Shown: positions 37,371 through 50,779, numbered from the stretch's first letter. The stretch: DNA of 64,000 nucleotides from Epiperipatus broadwayi (GCA_028023455.1 JAQFVV010000002.1:21700001-21764000), one strand, 5' to 3'. Notes: generated by a model not told the origin, from the letters alone. Made by a program: numbers and translations.

Positions 37371-39819
37371 CTCTTCACATACCTGGAGCCTAATTGTAAA
37401 TATAGGAGATTTGAACACAGACTTTCAAGCACCCTTCAACTATCCATACTATCTCATACCACTGATACGCATGACCACATACATGTAGAAAAGATAAATA
37501 ATCACCAATATACTGTAACGGTATACATATGCTGTTACATTATTTTAAAATTAAAACGATCGTAAATAAAAATTGATTTTATTAAAAACTAAAAAACCAA
37601 AATTAAAAGAGTTGTGTTTAACATATATAGATCGCACAGATGGAAAACTTTAAAAACTATTTTAAGAAAAAAAGTATTTTTTTTTTTTTATAAAAAAAAA
37701 AAAAAAGTAAAGATATAAAGATTGATATTTTTGAAAATAGAAATAAATGATTTCTATCAGGTTTAATCTTAGAAAATGGAAATGATTGTTGTATTAATTA
37801 AATGATTGTTTTAAGGCAAACTAGCCCTTGGGGCACTTAAATAATTAAAAGGTCAGATAAAAGAATTAAAAGAATTACATTGACCAATGCAAGCACGAAG
37901 CCACAGCACAGACCGTAAATGGAACATTAGAGTCAGTGACATCATGCTAGATCGATCCCTTGGATTTCTGATAAGAGGACCATAAAATTATAAAAGGCAA
38001 AATAATTGTTGTTGCAGGATTCTGACTATTAAGCTATATGTGAATGGTAGCTGTATTGCAGACTTCATGATGTAGGAGTCTTGCAATAGATTTAATTTCC
38101 TTTGCATGCACCAGCCGAGGCCTCCTGATGACAATCCTTGACCAAATGAGTGGCTTGTAATGTCTCCAAAGAACTATTAGCAAACAATAGGATCAGCAAG
38201 AACTTCCATAAACTGAATGAAATTTCGAGGAGTCATCAAGATCAAAGGGGAAGTATAAACTTTTACCAATTGAACTTTCTTTAAATAAATATATCTTCAA
38301 TAAGTAGTCAATCCATAAAAAAGGAATATAAATAAATAGACTCTTATCTGATCAAGAATAGAACTCTAAATCAATTACTAATATTTATTTTTATATAAGC
38401 TTGCTATTTCAATCATTTCCATTTTTTGTTTTTTTTATTTATTTATTTATTTATTTTTGTATTTAACTAGGTTATTTATTTTTATCTGTTAACTAAAAAT
38501 GTATTAAATTTAAGTTGGGTGTAGATAGCTGCATAGATTCATTAATGTTTAGTTTTTTGGGTTTTTTTATTTTCATATGCGTAAAATATATATATCGGTA
38601 AATATGACACCTCATGCTGAATGTCCAAACGTATTTATTCATATATCTTTTAAGTTATTGTTGTCAATGTGGCACCTTATGATGAGTGCCATTGGATTTA
38701 TTTTACTGTAAATTTCCCTCTGCAATTCCATCAATAACTTTATATTTTAATTGCTTATGTTTATTTTGAAGGGGTTTAATTTTAGGCTATTTGTTTCATA
38801 GTTAGGTTGATGCTGGTGGAGGGATATATGCTGTTTATATCAATGTAATGTGAAGCATGTTTAGCATACAGGGCAAAGCCCAATTGAATGCATGACCCAA
38901 AGATGTAGTCATTGTGTTGCAATGGACGCAGACATATTTCCGACATTGACCCCTTTTAGCTCTATGGATAGGGACTATAAGTCAGCAGATAGACCACTCT
39001 CGCCATACATAGCATTTCTCTTAAATATTATATGCATGATTCCTTCACCAGACAGATGCACATTCCTGTACTGGACAAGAATCATGTTCTTCAAATAATA
39101 TCATGCTGCAGATGCACATTCCTGACAGCTTGGTTTTATGCTGGCATCTTCATATTGCATTGGTTGCATCTGTATATCAGGAAGCAAATGTTGGGTTGGC
39201 CACGAACTTTTAGTCTGAGGTTGAACGTTTGTTTTTTGAAAAGTTTTTAAATGAGTAATCTATGTAGCTTATCTGTATTCAACATTATAACACAAACTTT
39301 TATAAACTGTCCATCTGTGCAGGCTTACTCCAAATAATTTAAATTTAAAATTAATATTAAAATCTAAACAAGATAAATTTTATTCCTCAATTTCAAATAT
39401 TTATATATGTGCGTTAACAAAGGTTTTCTGTGTGTTATTACTGGCAGTGGCTTATTTTATTTTTTAATATTAAAAATATATTTTAAGTCTTTATTAAAAT
39501 ATTTAATAAGTAGATTTTAAATCTCTGTTTCTCCTTGAGCTAGTGGCAAGGGCTAATGGTCTATATAAAATAAAGTTGGATCTTAACAGTAAGTATCTGC
39601 ATACTACATACATTTTCCAGGTTCGAATAATCTGGTGGCGCCCGGCAGATATGGTAAGGCTCCACTTTCACCCTGACCATTATAATAAGTATTTTGTGCT
39701 AAACCAGCACTTATCGGTGATTATTTATTTTTTCTACATGTCTGTAGTCATGTGTATCAGTGGTATGAGATAGTATGGATAGTTGAAGGGTGCTTGAAAA
39801 TCTGAGTTCAAATCCCCTA
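37371..39819 (-). mobile_element. 2.45-kb insertion bounded by inverted family E repeats, 18-bp TSD
   Basis: TATGAACATCCTTAAGTA at 37353-37370 and 39820-39837; inverted arms at 37400-37510 and 39714-39822; the left arm has an extra ~30-nt tail. Confidence 0.7.
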
Positions 39820-39904
39820 TATGAACATCCTTAAGTAAAAAATTTAGAGGTTTTCCATACATGTTTTACTTCCATAAACAAAAACGGAATAAATAATAAT
39901 CATA

Positions 39905-40373
39905 TATGAAAAACAAAACAAGTTTTATATACGTAAAAACCTGCTATCGCTTGTATTAATGATCAATAGATGGAGCTTTACCAAGACCTCCAAACAAGCG
40001 TATTTGTTTACATAAAAGTCAGAGTCAAAATTCACTGTCTTTTTCATTTTGCTCCACCCTCAGATCAGCTGATTTCAAGCTGATTTGCTCCCATCAGTGA
40101 AGGGATAGGAGTTTAGAAACTAGACCTAAATATTAACTCCTAGCGTTTATGCAAAACGTTTCTATCAGTTTGCAAGCATGAATTTTTTAGACACCTAAAT
40201 GTCTTCAAACTCAGCCTATCAAACTAGATAGCTATGTGGGTCTGATATCAGTTCACTTTCTCCACATAATCAAAGCTTCTGCAATCTATATCATTGCAAG
40301 AAAACTTTAAAGGTATATTTATGAAAAACAAAACAAGTTTTATATACGTAAAAACCTGCTATCGCTTGTATTA
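39905..40373 (-). mobile_element. HHR-containing element with identical 54-bp direct repeats, 415-bp period
   Basis: Identical repeats at 39905-39958 and 40320-40373 with an HHR at 40057-40103 between them. Confidence 0.65.
40057..40103 (-). ncRNA. Minimal type-I hammerhead ribozyme with palindromic helix III
   Basis: Minus: CCTTCA-CTGATGG-GAGC-aaatca-GCTT-GAAA-TCAGCTGA-TC-TGAGGG; 6-bp helix I; ATCAGCTGAT palindrome; core A9 changed to G. Confidence 0.75.
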
Positions 40374-41255
40374 TATAAGTAATACGGTTACATTAATTGT
40401 ATCTCTATGATAAATTACCTTAAATTTTAATGATTAAATGCAGAAACAACCTATTAGAGACTGCATTGGTCTCAGCATCCAAATCTACTTTTCTAATAAA
40501 AACTTAATATATTTAAAGAGATTCACATCCTCAAATTAAAAGCTATTCTAGTTAAAAACTTATCCAAGATCGTTTATATATCACTGACTGATAAAAGTCA
40601 TGAGTTTTAAATCAGTTTTACAGATTGTATTCAAACACATTAAAATCATTTAATAAATGATCTCTTGAAGTGGCAAGAAAACACTATTGTCTGTGTCCTG
40701 TAAATCTAAGCCATCCTGGAGTTCTTGTTTATTTTAATTAGTTCAAATTAATAACAGTATTATTAAGCATATGACATTTTGATGTCTGTCTTATGATATT
40801 AGCTATAAACTGTTCCAAATACCATTGTTAAAAAAATGAAACTAAATCTTATCTTAAGATCATTTTCATTTAAAATGCCTCAAAATTTTTTTATCCACAA
40901 TAAATGCTTTTTCTTATTCTAACATGTGGCAGCTGGGATAATGAATAAACATCACTAGTTAACAACTTAATTCCAAACATTACCACAAACATACTTGATT
41001 TATTGAGTTAAATATATCGGCCACAATAACAAAAGCAGTATATAAATTACATCTTTGCTTCTTACACTTTCTTTTAAGCATATTTATATCTACAAAAAAA
41101 CATATTTATAGTACTTTTTGATTCTCTAAAATGAAAATGATTTCTGGCAACAACTCACCTATAACTGGAAGAATCACATTCAACAAATTCTTAAAAATAC
41201 TTTTGCTACTAGGTGGGTCATGTGAAAGTCTGTGCTCATATACCCTATATATTAC

Positions 41256-43490
41256 TTTTTTTTTTTTTAACTTTATTAGTAATAAAATATTTACAAGAAT
41301 TAGTATATTTATATTAAGAGCTTTTTACATTTTTTTTTTTTAATTTTTAATTTCTTATGATGTTTTTAGAATATAATGATTTAAAACAAGATTATTACTA
41401 TGATGGCATTAATGAGCAACTAAGGAATACATTGCTTTGCCATATTTTTCTTGTGACATTACTAGGTATATATTTCTGAGCATAAAGATAAATGTTATAC
41501 CATTCTTTGTTTTTTTTTTTAAGTACATTGTATTTTTTGTTATCAAATATTACAGCACAATGGGTAAGCCATATTGTTCTTAGAGTGTGAACGGTTACAA
41601 GGGCATTGAATGGTTTTAATTTCTTTATATTATTTATTAGGATATTTTTTAAATTAATTGTGTCTTTGTGGAATACAAAGCAGTGTAAGGTTGAAAAGAA
41701 TGGACATGTCTCAAAGATATGTGATGAATTTTCCGGGAACAAATTGCATAGTATACAAGTAGGATCAATGTTTAGTTTAAATCGATTTATGAGAAATAAC
41801 TTTGTTGGTATTACATCAAGTAGCAGATTATACAGGAATTTTAACCATGAGTGAGGCACATACAAATTTTGAAATTTAGTCAGTGTTCTTGCAGTAGATA
41901 GTGTTGACCAAAGTTGTCTATCGGGATAATTAATTTTTTTTAGATCTTTGTATGACAAACCAATTAGAGTATTAATGTTACAATTGTCCAGTAAATCAGC
42001 ATGCTCAATGGCATGATCAGTGAAAAAGTGGCGATTCGCATATGGAGTAATAGCAAGGAGAAGTAGAGGTGGAGGAGTTGTTCTTAAAAAGGGATTAGTA
42101 GTGGTAACGATGTACATCTTAGCTCTAATGTAGGAGGTGAATGATTGAGGAGCTATTAGGTTAAGCCCACCTTTGCAAATTGGAAAACAGGTATTTTCTA
42201 TTGATAGAAGATGTGATGTTGATCCCCATATATATTTTTTTGCTATACTCATGAAATATTTAATAGTTTTTTTTTGAAGATGCATCCAAGGGCTGTAATA
42301 GGCAAGAATACCTTCTAGAATAGCATTGATGATACGAACTTTCATTATAGGGTACAGTAATCTTGAATTGAAGCACTTTATTTTTTTATTAAATTTGTTT
42401 ATGATAAGAAGATTTAAGTGATGACTTAGTTGTGTTTTTGAGAGATTAATAGGTATGCCAAGAAATGAAGAAAATGAACCTGTAAAGTGTGAGGGAAGAC
42501 TGCGACTGGTAGCAATTTGCCATAAGGATGATTTGATTATTTGTATTGTGGATCCTGTTATAGTTTCAAATTTCTTAAGTTTATGAAGTAGCATAGGTAT
42601 ATTTTGCAGATCCCTGAATATTATCAAAACGTCATCAACATATGAAATGATCTTAACAGTTGTGCCTAGGTGTGGAAGAAAAATACCATCTATGCATTGC
42701 TCTATGTTCTTAATCAAGGGGTCTGTGTATATTGCTCTATGTCCTTAATCAAGGGGTGGGGAGCCTTGTGGGATACCTCTACTTGGCTTAAAGGGTTGAG
42801 AGAGTCTCATGTAATTTTTTAGTCTAATCATTCTATTGTTAAGATAGTTTTTAATAGCTGTAATAAGGTGTGTATGATTTGCAAGCATTTGATTAAGTAC
42901 AGAGAATAAGAAGTTCCAATTTACAATGTCAAAGGCAGACTTAAAGTCTACCTGGCATGCCACATAGTTTGTTAGTTTGTTTTGTTTAATATAAAGTATT
43001 GCTTCTTGTGTTAATAATATTGCTTGAGATGCTTTTTGCCCTTTGACTGCAAAGTGTGAGGGGGAAATTTTAAGTAAAGCATAGATATTTAACTGTTTAA
43101 GTATAATTCTAGCAAACATTTTCTGATCAATGTCTTCTAAGGTAATGAGACGCAAATCATTTACTGTTGGATGTGGATTTTTAGAGTTTTTTCTTATACA
43201 GAATACTATATTTGTTGATAAGTTAGGGATGTGATATTCCTTCGAACAAAGTTGATTGTAGTATTTCTGTAGGAATGGAGATATAATGTATTCCATTTGC
43301 TTATATATGTTAGCTGGAATGAGGTCATTTGCTAGCGAGATATGTTGTTTTAAATTCACTATTTCATCAAAAATTGTTGTTTAGATATGTAGTAATTTTG
43401 TGTACAGTTTGTCTCATTTGTAAATAACTGTGAAGAGCTATGAGATTTTTTAAGGGAAATATTCAAGTGGTGCAGAAGTGCCTCGTCAAC
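41256..43490 (-). mobile_element. Young 5'-truncated L1/Tx1-type LINE (RT + CCHC), single in-frame stop
   Basis: RLITLEDIDQKMFARI, DFKSAFDIVNWNFL, GIPQGSP, YVDD, LGIP, GGLNL, CILCNLFPENSSHIFETC; the 204-aa and 439-aa ORFs share a frame; poly(A) at 41257-41269. Confidence 0.9.
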
Positions 43491-43534
43491 ATAAGTACAT
43501 AATTATAATAGCCTTTACTATTCCAATATTTTTA

Positions 43535-44068
43535 TAGTTTGGAACATAGAAAAAAGTGATTGCTTTTTCCAAGATGCCTTCAAAACTATCTCTAAATCAA
43601 TGCATGTGTTACATAACAACATAGTTTACCTATGCACCAGAAAAATTTTAAAGCACTAGAATGACTGAATCATGAATTATGACCTGAAATGTGACAGTGT
43701 CTTTGGTAACTTCATAGACTGTCTTCAATGATCTTTCTGCCATCACAAAATCTTGCAGAAAACATGAAAATGTTCTTGTAAATCATGGCTTCACTGTCAT
43801 TCACAACTTAAATCATTTCAAATGATTAAGTAGAAGTTTTGCTTTAATAAAAACAGAATTTAATATTAGAAACTTATTACATCATGGTTTAACATATAAA
43901 ATACACCATCGTATTTCATGTCATAACTTATAATCGATACACAATAGTACCTTAACATTTTTGTAGTGAATTGCTAAACTATATTGCTATGTAATATGTA
44001 TGCCAATTAAGTGATGGCACTGCAGGTAGCTTGAATAAAGAACTAGTCACTTTTTCATTGGACTATGT
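43535..44068. mobile_element. Tc1/mariner-type MITE family D, copy 3
   Basis: AAAAAAGTGATTG ... TAGTCACTTTTTCATTGGAC; body aligns with 24267-24794. Confidence 0.65.
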
Positions 44069-44077
44069 ATTTACAGT

Positions 44078-44200
44078 AGCAAACTTTCCATACAGTAGTG
44101 CCACCTAGTGCAAGCCCTTAGTAATCAAATGTTGCAGCATAAAATCTCAATCTTGTGCCTATGCACAAGCCATCTCGAATCCATTGATTACAAAGAATTG
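44078..44200. mobile_element. HHR family B degraded fragment
   Basis: GCAAACTTTCCATACAGTAGTGCCAC start; internal pieces ATGCACAAGCC and CCATTGATTAC. Confidence 0.55.
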
Positions 44201-44427
44201 CAGTGAATGGCTCTATCATGTGGAGAGGTTGCTACTATATTAACAGTTGTGTAAATATAGGAAATAATGATCATATGATGTTATAGTGGTTTTATACTAT
44301 GTATATTTCTAAAAAAAATCCAATAACTTTGAAGCTAACATATCATCACCATATTTTAAAACTTCTTTGAGTAACATATAAGGATTTACATGCTTTCTCT
44401 TTATAAGATTATAGTGAGCTGTTTTAC

Positions 44428-44481
44428 CTTTATTACGCTGAGTATTTTTGTTCAAATCTAAAGGATATATTAAAAGGTTAC
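44428..44481 (-). CDS. Tentative 54-nt exon of the ARM-repeat gene (GNLLIYPLDLNKNTQRNK)
   Basis: Acceptor CTTTTGAATTTAG, donor AAG|GTAAAA, phase 1-1 compatible with the 26237 exon; but the frame stays open ~38 codons past the donor, so boundaries are uncertain. Confidence 0.3.
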
Positions 44482-45609
44482 CTAAATTCAAAAGATGATC
44501 AAAATACTCTTTCTATCTATTCAAAATATCATTATTAATAAACAAAAAAGAATGTAAGAGCCTTTCATAAATTTAAATATTTATTATAGTATTGTTTTTC
44601 AGAGTCATGTGAGGCTGTCACAAATAAAGTCACATGACATGTGTGTGTGTGTGACTTATCTCCTTTGTACTACTAATCATTTTTAAGTCTTATAAATCTC
44701 TACATTGCTTATGACTCACATATAATTTATTAATCTATCAAACGAAAAATGTCATTTTTTTTTTTTAATCACATCACTAACAATAGAATGACTGTCAAAA
44801 AACCAATCAATATTATTAATCTTAACAAACTAAAGAATAAGAGAAAAACTGTTATTCCTTATTATTATATAATCTTATTACAGCAATATGATTAAAAAAT
44901 TGTTTTTTTTTTCTGTCTTCCTAACATTAATTTAAAGTTGAGTAAAGTTTTCTCAACTTTTGGTTTAAAGTTACTGGAAATAATAACTGTGAACTGAAAT
45001 GATCTGTTGTTATTGAATTGTATACAACATGCAGATCATGAACCCTGGTTAGTCAGAAAAAAATTCTATTAAAAATTTTGGTTTCATCCATGCACATATT
45101 AATAATCAACCGCAGATTATGTTACACAAGTATCTACAATTCTAGATTATTGGATAGAACTTAAAGTTCGCTCAAGATTAAAATAATAATTGCATTAAAT
45201 AATATATTCTGTTCTAAATATGTTGGTAAGAAAATTTATGTTCTTTCTTTATAAGTAACTGCTACTCCTGCTAAATTTTGACCTCAGTTAAATACAATAT
45301 AAAACTCATCTTTAAATTACTATTCTTTGTCTTTCTATATTTTTGGTGGTTTTTTGACCCCTATAAAGTAAAAGATTTCTGCAGCAGCATTGTTCCATCC
45401 AGAACAGTGAAGAAGTCATATATGAATGATTGCTGATGAATATCTGAAACATCACCAACTTTAAAAAATGAAAACACATTTATAACTGAACAGGAAGTAG
45501 TTGAAACTTTCTATGAGCTATATAGCATAAATAAACTCGCCAAAAGATGGATGATACTATTTATTAGTGTTCGTTTTTATGCTTGTATAATGTCATCATA
45601 AAATATAAT

Positions 45610-45958
45610 AGCAAACTTTCCAAACAGTAGTGCCACCTAGTTCAAACCCTTAGAAATCAATGGATGAAAAAAAGAATGAATAAAATTCCCATTGACTGCC
45701 TTATCCACATCTACTGCCTCATCCAATGGCCCCAGACTAGTTTCTAGCTTGTGCAGTGCTTTCAGATCCAAGGCTCCTCACTGATGAAGGCCTCATACTA
45801 GTCTGTGGATATTGGTTGAGTAGGCACTAGATAATGATTTTATGCATGAATCTTCTTGCATCCATTGATTAATAAAGCTTTGGCACTACTGTATGGAGAG
45901 TTTTTATTGTTTAAACAGCTTGCATAAGCATAGAAAATGGTAATGGTGTGATGTTATG
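45610..45958. mobile_element. HHR family B hairpin insertion
   Basis: Inverted partial copy, then a sense copy with CCTCA-CTGATGA-AGGC at 45776 (helix II/GAAA deleted); tail on the right. Confidence 0.75.
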
Positions 45959-46359
45959 AATGATTACTATAAAAATGTCACTAATACTAATAGTAAACTG
46001 ACAAGTTTGTGCAAAAACTTACTCTAATTCTAATATGGCCCTGCTGTCCAAGAATTATCAGTGAGTGGAGTCCACCTTGTTCTAAAAGCTAAAATAATAA
46101 ATTTTTATCAGAAATTTTCAAATCATCTTAACAATCATTAAAAAAATGAATAAATAATAATATTTAGCTAAATACAGATCCTACAAATACTAAGCAAAAT
46201 CTGGATTAGAATACTAAATATAAATCTTATTAGAGTAAAAATAGAACCACAAATTTAACAAAGTGATTGACAAATGTACACACATGACGAGACATAAGTC
46301 AAAAAAATTAAAAAAGAAAGAGTATCGAATAAAAATATAATTTAGGAGGTATGTTATTA

Positions 46360-46749
46360 AAATTTCTTTCCACTTCTTATTTGCATTGATAAATTATATA
46401 TATATAATGTACCATATACTCCATAATTCACACTTTACAATGCAATTTTAACATATGATTTATTTTCTCTTGTTTACAGTTTCAACTTCCCTGCAGTCAT
46501 CATCAGAGCTTTTTTACACTTCACTACACCATTTCCTAACTGAAAATAACTTAACATATGATTTGTTTCCTCTTGCTTACGGTTTCAACTGCCCTGCAGT
46601 TATCATCAAAGCTCTTTTAAACTTCACTAGAAATGGTGTAGTGAAGTTTAAAAGAGCTCTGATGATGACCGCAGGACAGTTGAAACTGTAAGCAAGAGAA
46701 AATAAATCATATGTTAAAATTGCATTGTAAAGTGTGAATTAAGGAGTAT
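46360..46749. mobile_element. Palindromic PLE-type insertion with three HHR copies (family F), 14-bp TSD
   Basis: HHR-like motifs at 46472-46510 (-), 46575-46613 (-) and 46656-46693 (+), consensus GCT-CTGATGA-T-GACTGC-agg-GCAGTT-GAAAC-(C/T)-GTA-AGC; GAGGTATGTTATTA at 46346-46359 and 46750-46763. Confidence 0.75.
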
Positions 46750-48003
46750 GAGGTATGTTATTACGAATTTCCGGATGACTGTTATTTTGTAAAATGTTTT
46801 AAACTCACTAATTTATTGTTTAAAGAATAGGGATTGTGGGAAATTCATGGCTACCTTTCAGCAATTTGTTTAAAAATGAAAATCGAATTTTAGTGTATAA
46901 AATAAATTATATGTGTATACATATAGAATTAGTTAATCATGCAAGTTTATAAAATGCATGACTATAAGCGGCCTATTATATATGTTGATTTCTAAATATA
47001 AAGATAAGTTGTAATTAAAAGTCAAAAATGGTCATCTAAAGATGTAATACATGAATGTGTAGCTTTTAAAACTAAAAAAGTAGAACTATTTTTTCAAGAT
47101 GGGCGTCAATTTTAATAGCTATATCAAAATTTCAAATCTGTAATATTTTTTATTGCTTTCCTGCTGTTAATCAAAGTAAAAGTGAAAAATAACTAAATAA
47201 TTAAAATAAAGTAAAAAAAAACAACAACAATTAATTATCTTAATTAGTTGTTGCGCTGCTAACAAACTCATTAAAGAAATCAAAGAAAATTTATTAAAAA
47301 ATTATCGTTTTGAAAATTCAGCAATCAAAAGTGTAGACTTTTAAGCTACAAAAAATGTATTATTGATCATTAATAGAAAGAAGACCGTAATTGAGAATTA
47401 AGTTTGTAGTAATAACGATAAGCTACAGAGATTTATAGAAGAGATCAAACTATGGTCATCACCATAAAGTAATGCAAAAAGAAATGACAAGCAAATAATA
47501 GTTTGTATTACTTGCAATCATATAGCTAAATAGCTGCGACAATACTTTTCAATGCTAAGCCTACCTGGTAATAACAAAGAATTTGTGGTAATTTGCAAAA
47601 TGATATTCTGATTGACCAGTCAAAATGTATTATTCATTGTTATCTGTGAACAGGTGCTATATTTTTTAATCCAAAAGATTATGTCCTAGCTGGAAATCTT
47701 TACTGCCTGGAACAGGTTGCTATGTTCGACTGTTCACCTAACTTGATTATCATAAAACCATGAAAGTTTGAATATATTATGAAAAAAGGAAATGAATTGT
47801 TATCACTGACCAACTACCAGAATTTGAATCTAAATCCAATTTTTGACTACCAGAATACAATTTTGATATCATGAACATAACATCCAATTGTTCAAGCTAT
47901 AATATAAAATATATATTTTTAACAAAATATTTTATTTTGTAAGGCTATAAACAATTCATAAACTCTAGATAAGAAATTTATTCTTATATATATATATATT
48001 TTA

Positions 48004-48087
48004 ATGTGTCAAAACATCGGCCGGGAAGCGAACCCTGGGACAACTGCTTGTAAAGCAGTTGTGCTAACCACTCAGCCACCAATGCTT
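48004..48087 (-). mobile_element. tRNA-Gly-derived SINE
   Basis: Minus: GCATTGGTGGCTGAGTGGTTAGCACAACTGCTTTACAAGCAGTTGTCCCAGGGTTCGCTTCCCGGCCGATG, the copy closest to tRNA-Gly(TCC). Confidence 0.75.
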
Positions 48088-49092
48088 GACTATATGTTAT
48101 TTTGAGCCTAAAAAGGCTGTTTTTTTTTCTTTAATTATAAAATTTCAGCACAAATTGTATAAAAATATTTTTATATCTATTTTTGTATAGATATAATGAT
48201 GGAAAATATTAATATTTTATAATTGAAAAGCAGGTTTTCTTCAGTTCGTTAAGGGATGTAAAATAAATGAAATTCTCATATTGAAATTCTATATTTAGAA
48301 GTAGTCTAACCACTGTAATCACATGACATGAGGATGCATAAAGTTTGAGAAGAGACTCTGACTCCTTGCAATGAATCATTTAGAATATGTTTATTGCTTA
48401 ATTAAATGAACTACAACATATTCATGAAAAATATAGTACAATAATACAGAAGAGCAGAAATATTGCAGCCTTTTTGAACAAAAATTAAATCTGCATTTAA
48501 AAGATTTTGCTAATATTTTGCATATATCTTAGTTTATCGAGTCTTTCGAAATATACTTTTGCGTATGGGTGCAGGTTTAGTATTTATTTATCTATAGCAT
48601 TTAATAAATCTCTGTTGCCATGGTAAAGTAAGACCATCTTATTTCTTACATTCGTTAATTATAAGTGATCGTCATCATCCAGGTCCATGTTCAAAGCTAA
48701 ACTACAAATTTAAAAAGAGAAAAAATTAGGAATTATAGTTGTCTAATTATGCTCATCCTCATCAATAGCTCTTTCATCATGGTGTTCTGATGACCACTCA
48801 TAAATAAAGCTATCAATTTAAGGAACCCTTAAGATGATCATTGAAGCGTGTTTTGCAATTTAATGAATATAATATAGTTTGATTATCAGCACCAAAATTT
48901 TATTGTATATTAAGATTTTTCTTAACTAGTCTATACATACTTTACATTCATGCTTTCAATTACATCAATGTCATATTAACATGTGGCAATAATGGTAATC
49001 ATATAACCAGGTACTATTTAAATAGTATATCAATATGTGGACAGTCATCATCCCATCATATAAATATTTTAGCATAATGGTCAAGTATCATA

Positions 49093-49135
49093 CTCTAGAG
49101 CAGTGATCTTGAACCTTTTCACACCTGCAGATGGG
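49093..49135 (+). mobile_element. Possible hAT/Charlie-type terminus
   Basis: CTCTAGAG (Charlie-type target) followed by CAGTGATCTTGAACCTTTT (TIR-like); partner end not found. Confidence 0.35.
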
Positions 49136-50481
49136 CAAAAATAAAGATAAGATTTCACAGACTGGCAGAAGTTTACAGATAAATTTTCTTACAGATGTAA
49201 ACTGCTTAGCCTTAGATGAGCATAATTGTTATAACTGACCAAAACAACACACTAGTTACTGTGTTCTAGCTAATCAGGCAAGGGATCTGGAATAGTCCAC
49301 TTCTGAAGGCAGGGTCAGATATGACAGTAGGATAGCCTCATTTTCAATAATAAAAAAAGGGGGAAGAAGATTCAAGTTTTTTTTTTATTATGAAATTTTT
49401 TTAGGGTTTGATTATTGTTAGGGAATAGTTCATTTGGATTAAATGATAACTAATTAAGAATCAGAACTAAATATTATTTTTTATATAAAATTTATGTTTA
49501 TTGTATGGATAGCATTAATCAATAAGCAAAGATTTTTGTCTTTAAAATTATTTGCTCCCTATTGAGAGTTTTTCAAGCTTAATTTTTAAATTCATATATT
49601 TAATATAAAATTTTACCTTGGAAAAATCTTATAGATGGCTAGAAAAGTGAAAATTTGGCAAGATAAGAGAGCTTTAGCTCCACCCTATCTCTACTTTGAT
49701 GAGCCGCCCTTCTGGATTCTGACATTTTCTTATGTCACTAATTTTCACATTGTTTAGAAAAAATAGATCAAACCACCAAAAACATGTTTATTTGCAAATT
49801 TATTACAATTCAAGATTTTTTGTACAATAATTTATGTAATAATTATTACAAATCAAAAATATAAATTATTAATAATTTATTTTGAATGGAAATATTTTAT
49901 TTTTAAAAACAAAACATTATATTTTTGGACAATGCAAAACTTATCTTGAAGGCATTTACAAGCTTGGTTTCTATGTCATCCATGCAATTAATAATAGCAA
50001 GTGTGAAAATATTTCAATATTGCAAAAAATATATAAAAATTTTTAACTTTTAAAGTGCAATTCATTATAGAAAAATAAATATTTATTTGTTTACATTTTA
50101 AAAACAAATATCAAATAATGAAAATTTCATTGATTTAAAATAATTATGTATGAGATTTTTTATTTTGATTACAATTTTATTTTTTTATATTTTCAGAAAT
50201 AAAATGTGAATATTTGGAATTTATGTCAATTGTAAACAAAAATATCTATCAAATGAAGTCAAATATATTATTTTCTGATAAATAATAATGGTTTAATCTT
50301 AAATTCAATGTTGAACATGAAAACAAAGAAAACAACAAAATGCAAAAAGGTAAACTTTGGATTTGTCATATCATTTACTAAGGTGCTACAAAAAGAAAAA
50401 GCTAAATGAATAAAAGTAACAATTGAGAAAACTAAAAAAAAATCTATAGTCACATAAGGTATTTATAAATGTTATTTTGTA

Positions 50482-50779
<298 letters not shown>

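Noticed and set aside
45410-45450. CTGATGA-ATATCT-GAAAC as a hammerhead
   Set aside because: No plausible helix II or helix I pairing.
48638-48690. Strong acceptor/donor pair on the minus strand
   Set aside because: All three frames contain stops; could only be non-coding.
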